In this document: one piece after another, positions 51,758-60,486 of the stretch
Layout of the letters: each line of letters starts with the position of its first letter
How positions within the stretch are numbered: the stretch's first letter is position 1
NCBI GenBank assembly: GCA_009859145.1
Contig: VRVR01000025.1
Location: 69,211-133,210, forward strand
DNA: 64,000 nt
Direction: 5' to 3'
Origin: Andalucia godoyi And28
Taxonomy: Eukaryota; Protista; Jakobida
Notes under the pieces: model-generated
Seen by the model: the letters and a program-made list of their open reading frames with translations, nothing else
Database searches by the model: none
What the model was told of the DNA's origin: nothing
Position numbers and translations under genes: made by a program

Positions 51758-54700
51758 CTAGAGCGGCGGGAACACGGCAGACGCAGTAGAGCCTGCAGGA
51801 GAAAAGCTGGCTTTCGGTGGTTTGCGGCTTGGCGCAAAAGCGGGAACTGGGTTCTTGGCAGAGCGCTTTTTAAACAGCTCCAATCGCTTGGCGGGATCCT
51901 TGAGCTCATCGCGGCGCTGACGCTGCAGCTGCATCTTGTGATACCGCTCATACTTCTTGAGCATGTTTTCCGCCACGCCCGGCTCATGAAAGCCCCATTC
52001 TTCCGAGATCTTCGTGATCTTTTCTTCTTTCTTATGTCGCGGAGACAATATATTGTTGACATTACCAACATCGTCAAGTATTTCGGTGTGAACATCGCTT
52101 GAAGTATCGCTGTGGGATGTATGCAGCCGTCCTGGAAACTCATCATCGTGACCAGAATGAGGGGCTCCGATTTCAAACGACGCAGCGTGATGCATACTTC
52201 GATGCGATGGTGTCATCACGGATCGTGCAGAATCCAAATGCATCGGTTCAAACTCAAATTCCGTATCAAGATTGTCCATGTCCGATTCTGTGGTCAGCAA
52301 ACTGAAAACAGAATCCTTTGGGATGAAGAGGTCAACGTCCACCTCCGGAAACTCGTCGTCATCGTCAATGAACCTTGCACGAGCCATGATTCTTCGGATG
52401 CGGTGCCCGCGAAAGATCTTCTGGATCTGGACGGCGGCAGCACTGCGAAGCACGTGCAATCGTGAAAGGACGGCGGAAACCTCCGGATGCTGCCGGCGAC
52501 AAAGAAATCCACGAATCACCGCCTGGATCCTCACGGCAGCTGCATTCGTCTGTTGCTGAAGAGCAACTCGTTGACGGACCAGAAATCCGCGGACGATGCG
52601 CTGAATGGAGGTGGCAGCCCGTGATCGTGAGGCGTTCTCCCTGGCTCTCACATAAGAAGGATTCCTGCGCATAACGTTGACAGCCAACTTGCGAGCCTCC
52701 AAAGGTTTGTCTGACCACATCTTCAGTTCAGCTTGCCTTTTGCCCAGGAAACGCTGAGTCTCTTCCAAATGGCGAACCCGCATTCTGATTTCTTCTGCTG
52801 CATGTTTCTGCTGCTGTTGAAAGTCCGCAGCAACAGGTGCTGGTCTTGCGCCGGGCAGCCGCTCGGTGCGCTCGCGCCGATGTCGGCTTGTGAGTTCCAA
52901 GCGATCTCTATGCGACATCTTGATGAACTGCGCGAAGCCGTTTGAAAACTGCTGAACCTGCTTCGATGCAGAAGACTGCTCGTGTTCCCTGAAAATGTGC
53001 GCAACAGGGACAAAACGAGAATTACTTTCTGCACATGAATCAAGAAGACGCATCATTGACGAAGTGCGAAGTCGCGAAACAATGCGTCGCCACGCAGCCC
53101 AGCGCTCGCTCCGCTTAACAGCAGCGTCATCAATGTTTGTAATACCGCGAAGGCCACATAAGACTGCAGATCGAAAGAGCGGTCTTTGGCAGACAGGATT
53201 GTCGTGAACATCCAAACGCCTGAGGGTCATGCGGCATGGCAAAATACTCCACAGAAGTGCGGAATAGTCATGCAGCCGGTTAAATGAAACATCGAACCGA
53301 CGGATAATAGGATAAATCGGAGAAAACGAAAACGAGGTCGCTTTCGGGCCGTATTTCAATTCACGAGATGCATTCGAGATCGCATTCTCCGCAAAGTCCA
53401 GCTCTTCGATGAACGGAGCACAGGGAAGATGCGCCAATCCAGAAATGGAGTTGCCATTCAAAAATACTTTCGACAACAAGGAGTTTGTGAATCCACGAAC
53501 ATCGACAGCGGATATTGAATTTCTATACGCAATGAGCGTTTCGAGTAATGAATTCTTGGAAAAAGCAGAAAATTCGAGGCGGTCTAAAGAATTACGGCCC
53601 ACGTCGAGCGAGAACAAAGCAGGGAAGCTCTGGCATGTTTGCAGTGCAGCGGATATCAAGCAGTTTCTGTACAGGGAAAGGACATTCAGCGCAGCGAGCC
53701 CCTTGAGAGATTGGACACTTCGAATCATATTGTTGTTTGCTTGGATCGACCGGATATTGGAGTTTGCATCCAAGAATTCGAGATTCGTCAGTTTGTTCAT
53801 GCTGCACTCGACTAACACGAGACTCTTGCATGGCTCAAACAACTTGGGAGCAAGCCGGTCCACTTGATTATCCCGAAACCGCACTTCCTCCAAAAACGGA
53901 ACGGACTCGATAAACTGCTTTGGGATATCTGTGAGTCTATTCAGATTGAGACTTAGTGAGACTGGTCTCGCATTGCTCAGCGCACTCAGCAGTGACTTTG
54001 ACACATGAATCGAAGCAATGGCTTCGCACGAGAGGTCAATGACCGGATGACTGCCAGCAGGAAGAGACTCGATCTCGGGATGGTGCATCGTGAGCAAATC
54101 ACTATCCAGAGTCTGCGAAGTCTGAAAAGGATTGTGCTGTTCTGGCTGTTGTTGTGGGTCCGACAGCTCCCCATACGGTACATCTTCCGAACCCCGAACA
54201 GTCGCAGATTGACCGGCGCTCGGAGCCGCCTGGGTACCGGTGAACAGTGTGCTCATTGGTACCACCACTGCCGACCCATCGACCACGGTCCGATCACTGG
54301 AAACCCACGCACAAAAACCAGCATACAGCAAGGACGCTGGGGATCGCACGAGCTGCCGAACACATTTTGCATCGGGCCTTACAAACGTCAGTGTCAGTGG
54401 GACAGAATCCTTCATCGCTGCCACCTGAATCTCGGGACGATGCACATTCGGTGAGTGAGCATGGCGCGCAGGCATTGAAAACAAACCAAGAATCCGACTC
54501 CTTTCTTTTGCACGTTCGAGGGCTTCCTTCTTTTGCTTCTCTTCCAGTAATCTCCTGGACTCTTCTTCCTGGCGCCGTTTCTCTTCCTCTGCTCTTTTGC
54601 GCTCTTCTTCTTTCCTCTTGAGTTCGTCGATGCGCAGCTTTTCCAACCGTTCCTGTTCCTTTCGCTGTGCTTCCAACATTTCTGCAACCTTCTTCATCTG

Positions 54701-55597
54701 AATTCTCAAGGATGCACCTCTTTCGTCCTCAAACTTCATTCGAGATCGTTCTCTGTCCAGCCGAGCTGTCTCTGCCTTCCTCTTCTCTCTCATGACTGAT
54801 GCAAACCGATCTTCCGCCCGCATTCGTTCTTCTTCTTCTGCCGCACGAATGGCTTCTCTTCTCTTTTCCGCTGCGATTTTGGACTCCTCTTCCCTTTGCA
54901 GCCTTCTTTCTTCCAACATCCTCATCTTCTCTTCTCTTTGTCTCCTCCCAAGATCCCTCTCTTCTTCTTGTTGCCTGTCTTCCTCCTCTCGCGCCCTTTT
55001 CTCTTCTTCTGCAATTCGCAGCATTTCATCCAAACGTGAAATCCGCTGCATCTCCACCGAATTCGAGGTCGCCGTCAATGGAGCAGACTGAAAAAAAAGA
55101 CCTTTGGACGACATCTCCTCTGGTCTGCACGGCACCGCAGATGACGACGTACCCTGCCCTGTGTCTCCTCCGCCATCGACGGTCTCTGCTTGCAGTTCCG
55201 CATCCAGCTGCTTTTCAGTCGATTCAAGAAGCCGAGACTCTTTGGCCGCAGGTGCTACGCTTATCGATGCGTCTTCCCTGTCATCCCAGTTCTCGTGGTC
55301 GTTGCTGTCGACGTCATTGTCGTTATCATCTCGAAGCAACGCAACGACTTTCCGCGCAGCTTGGTCGCGCTCACAAAGTAAATTTTCAAAGGTTTGAAGC
55401 GTAGACAGGTACTTTTGCTGCGAATCCAATGGTTTGGAAGTCGTGTTGTGAAGCTTCATGATTGAATGGAACTCTGCATCAAAGTCCGCATCGTCCATAT
55501 CAGAAACGGAATCATTGAACTCCGATAGCTCAGACAAGGCCTCCAACTCCCGCTGGATCTCAGCATTAATGTCCTCACTTGCGACCGATTCGCTCAT
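51758..55597 (-). CDS. Leucine-rich repeat and IQ motif protein (LRRIQ1-like)
   Basis: Coiled-coil region, LRR array ending in LDVHDNPVC, then four IQ motifs (AATSIQRIVRGFLVR etc.). Confidence 0.8.
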   Translation of the reverse strand: MSESVASEDINAEIQRELEALSELSEFNDSVSDMDDADFDAEFHSIMKLHNTTSKPLDSQQKYLSTLQTFENLLCERDQAARKVVALLRDDNDNDVDSNDHENWDDREDASISVAPAAKESRLLESTEKQLDAELQAETVDGGGDTGQGTSSSAVPCRPEEMSSKGLFFQSAPLTATSNSVEMQRISRLDEMLRIAEEEKRAREEEDRQQEEERDLGRRQREEKMRMLEERRLQREEESKIAAEKRREAIRAAEEEERMRAEDRFASVMREKRKAETARLDRERSRMKFEDERGASLRIQMKKVAEMLEAQRKEQERLEKLRIDELKRKEEERKRAEEEKRRQEEESRRLLEEKQKKEALERAKERSRILGLFSMPARHAHSPNVHRPEIQVAAMKDSVPLTLTFVRPDAKCVRQLVRSPASLLYAGFCAWVSSDRTVVDGSAVVVPMSTLFTGTQAAPSAGQSATVRGSEDVPYGELSDPQQQPEQHNPFQTSQTLDSDLLTMHHPEIESLPAGSHPVIDLSCEAIASIHVSKSLLSALSNARPVSLSLNLNRLTDIPKQFIESVPFLEEVRFRDNQVDRLAPKLFEPCKSLVLVECSMNKLTNLEFLDANSNIRSIQANNNMIRSVQSLKGLAALNVLSLYRNCLISAALQTCQSFPALFSLDVGRNSLDRLEFSAFSKNSLLETLIAYRNSISAVDVRGFTNSLLSKVFLNGNSISGLAHLPCAPFIEELDFAENAISNASRELKYGPKATSFSFSPIYPIIRRFDVSFNRLHDYSALLWSILPCRMTLRRLDVHDNPVCQRPLFRSAVLCGLRGITNIDDAAVKRSERWAAWRRIVSRLRTSSMMRLLDSCAESNSRFVPVAHIFREHEQSSASKQVQQFSNGFAQFIKMSHRDRLELTSRHRRERTERLPGARPAPVAADFQQQQKHAAEEIRMRVRHLEETQRFLGKRQAELKMWSDKPLEARKLAVNVMRRNPSYVRARENASRSRAATSIQRIVRGFLVRQRVALQQQTNAAAVRIQAVIRGFLCRRQHPEVSAVLSRLHVLRSAAAVQIQKIFRGHRIRRIMARARFIDDDDEFPEVDVDLFIPKDSVFSLLTTESDMDNLDTEFEFEPMHLDSARSVMTPSHRSMHHAASFEIGAPHSGHDDEFPGRLHTSHSDTSSDVHTEILDDVGNVNNILSPRHKKEEKITKISEEWGFHEPGVAENMLKKYERYHKMQLQRQRRDELKDPAKRLELFKKRSAKNPVPAFAPSRKPPKASFSPAGSTASAVFPPL

Positions 55598-56370
55598 CAA
55601 CGCGTCCTTTCTTTCGGTCTTTCGATCTCCGTAATTCTCTCTTTTTCCCCGCTCCCCCTTCGATCTCACACAACTCTCCTCTTTTCCCTGATACCCCCTT
55701 CACCAATCGAATGATCAAAAACAAAACAAAAACAAAAAAAAACAAAAACTAATTAATCACGCAATTCTCGTACAAGCTGCATTATGCTGCTATGATGCAA
55801 AAGGACGCCGCAATAACAAACCATCTGCGGGGGATTTCTGATGATGTTGCATCAAGCATCAAGCGCGCTGACCGTTAAAAAAACTGTTCTCTTGATGCTA
55901 TTTGCGGCGAACCGGCTTCGTGAAACATGTCAACTCGACGTTGCGCGAAAGTACGTGATGTCGCCGTGTCGGACTTCAGAGTCGTCTTTTTTGGCATTGC
56001 AGTCTGCACGCTAGAAGAAACAAAGACAGGATCCTTTTTTCTACTCCAAAAAAGAAAGAAAGAAAGAAAGAAAGAAGGCAGATAATCAAATCATAAATCA
56101 TACTTTTTTTTAGAGGGAGGTGGGGCTTGCTAACTGTTCTTGCAGAGAATCAAATGGTTTCTATCAAGCAGTATGTCTTTGTATATTATTCGTTTCTTTT
56201 TATATAATCAGAAAAACACTTCTTTTTTGCGTGTCATGGTTTTTTTCTTTCTTTGGGGCTGGGGAGAGTGAAGAACGCTGTCCTGTTGTTTGCAGTTTCT
56301 CTGTATCTAATCTCCTTGAACCGCCATTCTGTTCTTAAAAAACAGTACTGTCGAGCCGAGATCTGGAATC

Positions 56371-56760
56371 ATGCACGCCAGAGGGCTGCCATGCACAAGC
56401 ATTATCGAGTTCAAGCATGTTTGCGGAGAGAGAATAAGCGAATCTGATTTCGAGAAGTGCACACATTTGAAGAACGGATCGGGTCATATTTTGGTCAATG
56501 TTCATGTCAACGAGCCCCGATGTCGACTGGTAGAAGCATTCCTTGTGGATGCGCTTTCGAATGAAGTGGTCGAAGCATCCATCACCGGTCGGACAAAGAC
56601 AGAAATGATTCACGAAGGATGTGCGAAATTGAGGATAGGACTGCTCAAGGCGAAGAAAACGTGCGGAGCTTGTCCACTTCGAATCTGCTTCAAAATGATG
56701 GACGCAAACAGCGTTGTACTCAAGTCTGTCTCGTCAAGGTCGTTCTGTCTGCAGAGCTGA
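56371..56760 (+). CDS. Small hypothetical protein (possibly the last exon of a longer gene)
   Basis: 129-aa ORF with a beta-rich, globular-looking pattern; no family assigned. Confidence 0.4.
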   Translation: MHARGLPCTSIIEFKHVCGERISESDFEKCTHLKNGSGHILVNVHVNEPRCRLVEAFLVDALSNEVVEASITGRTKTEMIHEGCAKLRIGLLKAKKTCGACPLRICFKMMDANSVVLKSVSSRSFCLQS

Positions 56761-56933
56761 CACCGGACAAAAGTGCGAAGCGTGCTGCTGCTTTATTTTC
56801 ATTTTATTTATGCAAGGGGCTGGTGTACACAGTCGCGGAGTTCTCTACAACTAAATGGTAACTTACAGATAATGTTCTTTTTTTTAATTTAAATTATTTC
56901 ATTGCACGCAGAAAAAAAAAGGTCAAAAGATAT

Positions 56934-58148
56934 TCAGTGGTTGCAAATACGGGATGTCGTGTTGGAAACAGAGCCGTCGTTGGTGAAGCGCAGGATCGTG
57001 CCGAGATTGCCACCGACTAGGAGTCCAGTAGGGACCGCCAAAAGCGCACTTTCCTGACCAGTGATGTGGCATTCTCTGATCCCTGGCGTGCAGGGGAGAT
57101 CAAAATCCCGAACGGCCTGCCAAGAGAATCCTCGATCTCTGGTAATCCATGCAGTATTGGTCTCAACAGTCACGTTTGTCATGTTCATGTTTGCCGAGAC
57201 TGCCCAACCCAGTCCGGACGTCTCATCAAACGACATATCGATTACCATGAAGTTCATATTGCGCTGGCTCGTGAACGCTGCAGGAGTAACATCTTTGAAA
57301 GATCGACCCATGTCGGCGGACAGTAGTAGCCGTGACGAACAATGCGGCTCGGAGAGCAGGCACGTGGAAATTACGGAAATGTCCGAGTGTGCGGGATCTT
57401 TGAACAGCGAAAGGGAAGAGATGGGGCAGACAATCGTGGGTGTTGCTTGCGGAGAGCAAGTTGCAAAGGCCTTTCCAAGTTTGAGAGTACGGAAAATGAG
57501 TCCAGTCGAAGAAGTAACGAGCTGTGCGTTGGAGTGTGCTGAAAACGATGATCTCCAATCGGATGCGATTCCGTACAGCAAATCTGCAGATTTCGAGTAT
57601 GAAAATGAGTCCAGCTCAAGAGGAAACTCAAGCCAAAGCCGCGGAAAGAACGCAAGTTTTTCTCGCGATCCCGACAAGACGACGTACGTCATATCATCCA
57701 TCAAGCGGACCACCACAATAAATGACTTGAAAACAGTTCCAGAAACCGTGTATGAAGATCCGTTGGGAGGAAACGAGTGAATGGTTCGAAGCGAACACCC
57801 GAGACATTTAGAAGTGAAAATGCTGGATTTGGAGAATAGCAAATAGTCTGCATTCTCCTGGATTTCCACAATGCTCACGATGTCTGCTTCCTGGTTTTCA
57901 AAGGCGTCCCAATTCGCCCCACCGTCGCTGGAACGCAGAGACTGTCTCGACGGAGCGCCAAAAAATGCCACGAGGCTTGATCCTCGCAACAATGCATCCT
58001 GAGGTTCGAGAGAATCAATCCGCGAAACAACCGTGCAAGAATCGGAGGAAAACGACCGCGACAACGACGATGTGACGACGACGATCTGCAAAAAAGAAAA
58101 CAGCCCGCATACAACGATCGTCGACAACGGGAATAGATGGATCCTCAT
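56934..58148 (-). CDS. Secreted protein with Asp-box (BNR) repeats
   Basis: Hydrophobic N-terminus; SADMGRSF and TRDRGFSW Asp-box motifs. Confidence 0.65.
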   Translation of the reverse strand: MRIHLFPLSTIVVCGLFSFLQIVVVTSSLSRSFSSDSCTVVSRIDSLEPQDALLRGSSLVAFFGAPSRQSLRSSDGGANWDAFENQEADIVSIVEIQENADYLLFSKSSIFTSKCLGCSLRTIHSFPPNGSSYTVSGTVFKSFIVVVRLMDDMTYVVLSGSREKLAFFPRLWLEFPLELDSFSYSKSADLLYGIASDWRSSFSAHSNAQLVTSSTGLIFRTLKLGKAFATCSPQATPTIVCPISSLSLFKDPAHSDISVISTCLLSEPHCSSRLLLSADMGRSFKDVTPAAFTSQRNMNFMVIDMSFDETSGLGWAVSANMNMTNVTVETNTAWITRDRGFSWQAVRDFDLPCTPGIRECHITGQESALLAVPTGLLVGGNLGTILRFTNDGSVSNTTSRICNH

Positions 58149-58410
58149 CCAGTGTCTTGCTCGTCGTTACTTGCTAGCACTGTTCGTTGCCACTTGCCCG
58201 TTCCAGTTGCCAATCGCCCTGCTTTGATCGCCCTTCTCAAGCTCAGAGGATCGGAAGCTGACAACAGCGACCTCGATAACGTAGCGGGAGCGCTCCTCAA
58301 TAAATCTCCGAAATCGGGGGGTTCGAGAACAGGGAAAAAAGGCTGCAGCATGACTTGATTCAACAGCACCCCGCCAAACAAAAAAACTGAGGCAGACAAG
58401 AAAGGGATTA

Positions 58411-58580
58411 AAAAAAGCTGGAGCAAAGAGCGCCTACATTATACACTGAGTATGCATATCTACGGATAGACATGCATACTCAATCGTGCATCCCGTTGCC
58501 GGGAAGGGGATAGGCCCCCAACACGCCTCACGGCGCTCTTCAGATAAATGCTCCGCGCTCCGTTCCCAATCTCGATCAAT
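58411..58580 (-). ncRNA. Predicted omegaRNA scaffold plus guide (copy C; 5' limit approximate)
   Basis: Same hairpins as copy B (loop TCCG); flank CTCTTTGCTCCAGCTTTTTT. Confidence 0.6.
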
Positions 58581-58883
58581 CTGCGAGCCACCTTCTCAGC
58601 GCGACACGTTGTTCCTGAGAAGGGTGCATTTTTTTGATGCTGACGGCCCTAGCAGCAGGCGTAGTGACACGTGGTCTTTTAGGAGGTCTGCGGGATAGAT
58701 GGCTATGGATGCTGCGTTAAAGAGTGTCGAAAATGCAGAGCCTGTGTCACCGGCTGAATTCTGGCCGAGCGTGCGTAAGCACGAATTCCTGTGAAACAAA
58801 CGTGCTAGTGTCGGCCAGTGTCGACCGCCTCTGTTTATGCATACTTCCTTCCGTATGCATGACAATGACGGGTCATTGCCCAT
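58431..58883 (-). mobile_element. Family-1 non-autonomous Fanzor2/TnpB mini-element, copy C
   Basis: Reverse complement matches copy B, minus B 42131-42247; right end GTGTATAATGTAGGCG; CCG outside the left end at 58884-58886. Confidence 0.92.
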
Positions 58884-59014
58884 CGGGTTGAAAAAAGTAT
58901 AACGATTTATTCCGACTGTTATCCATCGTTTACTGCATTAAACTGTATTATATTGTAGTGTACCGTATTGTATTTGCGTGTCTTGTCGTGTGTGTGAGTG
59001 TACAGACGGAAAGC

Positions 59015-60055
59015 ATGTCTGCGGCGTCATTGTTGTCTGCGGAAGCACTGAAGTTTGCCACAAGTCTTCATTTTCTGGCTTCTCAGAATGCGTCGGTTGA
59101 ATCGGTCATTTCGGATTTCCAACGCTCTGCAAAGATCATGTCGCATCTCGAGGTGCTGACAGAAGACTCTGCTGCGTTTCTGAAATCGGAGATCCCAGAA
59201 CAGCCAGGGTCGGTGCGATTACAACCATCAAGTTCATCCTCATTCTCTGCTTCTGCTTCTGCTTCTGCTTCTGCTTCGTCTGCCGGTGCAGTTGCGCATG
59301 CGGACTTCACAGCGACTGAACTTTTAAAGACTCGATTGGCAGCGTATGATGAAGAGGTCGATCGGCTGGCTTCCACAATCCCGTTTTCCGTGAAGACTCC
59401 CCACTCGCTTGTCAGGGCTGAGCTGGGTGCAGAGATGAATCATGAAGTCTCTGCGCTTTACACACTTTGCGATTTCCTGAATGCCCGAAAGACGGATCTG
59501 TCGCGGAAATGCGAAACCACGAAATCAATTGTTTCGGATCTGCAGACGCTGAATACTAAGCTTGAAGAACAGCTGGCCAAGACGGAAAGAGAAAGCCAAG
59601 CTGCTTTGGAATCCACTCAGGCATCTTCTTCTGCTTCGAAGACGGAGAACAGAACTGTGTTGAACGATGCTCGGCAAAAACTGATGGTTCTGCTCGCCAA
59701 GTTTTGCGATAAACACTATCCGGCAGTGGAGGAAACAGTCCCGCGAAAAAAACGGCGAGTCGCGAAAAGCAAGACATCAAAGAGGGATGGGGACAATCCA
59801 AGCGATGATGATGATGACGGTGATCATGATGAGCGGCAAATAAGAAACAGAGCACAAATCATCGAGTATACTCCTTTGAAAGCGATATTGGAGGAATTGC
59901 TGAATCGTTGTGTTTCGCATCCCAAAGACCCGTACGTCGACTGGAATCAAAAGAACGCGCATCCGGTACAGATCGAAGTGCTTATTCGCTGCGGAATCGC
60001 TTTGCAGCATCCTCAAAACCCTATGCTTATCTCTTTGGAAAGGTTCCATCAGTGA
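59015..60055 (+). CDS. CENPK: Centromere protein K-like
   Basis: C-terminal LKAILEELLNR...PKDPYV...IEVLIRCGIALQHPQNPMLISLERFH matches the CENP-K C-terminal signature; coiled-coil N-terminus. Confidence 0.8.
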   Translation: MSAASLLSAEALKFATSLHFLASQNASVESVISDFQRSAKIMSHLEVLTEDSAAFLKSEIPEQPGSVRLQPSSSSSFSASASASASASSAGAVAHADFTATELLKTRLAAYDEEVDRLASTIPFSVKTPHSLVRAELGAEMNHEVSALYTLCDFLNARKTDLSRKCETTKSIVSDLQTLNTKLEEQLAKTERESQAALESTQASSSASKTENRTVLNDARQKLMVLLAKFCDKHYPAVEETVPRKKRRVAKSKTSKRDGDNPSDDDDDGDHDERQIRNRAQIIEYTPLKAILEELLNRCVSHPKDPYVDWNQKNAHPVQIEVLIRCGIALQHPQNPMLISLERFHQ

Positions 60056-60486
60056 ACACAAGAGTGCTGCAGTAAACCAATTTCGTTTGTATGTACATCC
60101 CGATAAACTCTGTTTCTGCGCCCAAACCTCCTCTTTTTCTATTATTATTATGATGATGATTATGATTATTGAGGTACGTAGATTGCAGCAGACCCCGAAG
60201 CCAATGACAAGACCTTCCTTTCTGCAGTTCCTACTTTATGAGCAAGATGGTCCTCCAGGCTGCAGCCAAAAACCGCCCAGTCCCGTAGCTGCCGAGGTTC
60301 TGCTGTAAATAATATATTTTTAAAAGAAGAACGACTGCCCTCGCACCGGGAATTCAGCAATGGTTTTCTGCTGATGCGGACGTTACTGCTGCTGTTCTTC
60401 GGGCATTGAACAAAAAGAAAAATGTCAATCTTCCGTCCTCTTCTTTGTCCACTGCGACGATTATGTATTCTTGAAAAGACGAAGAA

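Noticed and set aside
58955-58970. TAGTGTAC resembling the element right-end motif
   Set aside because: Only 8 nt match, with no upstream hairpins or TnpB peptide.
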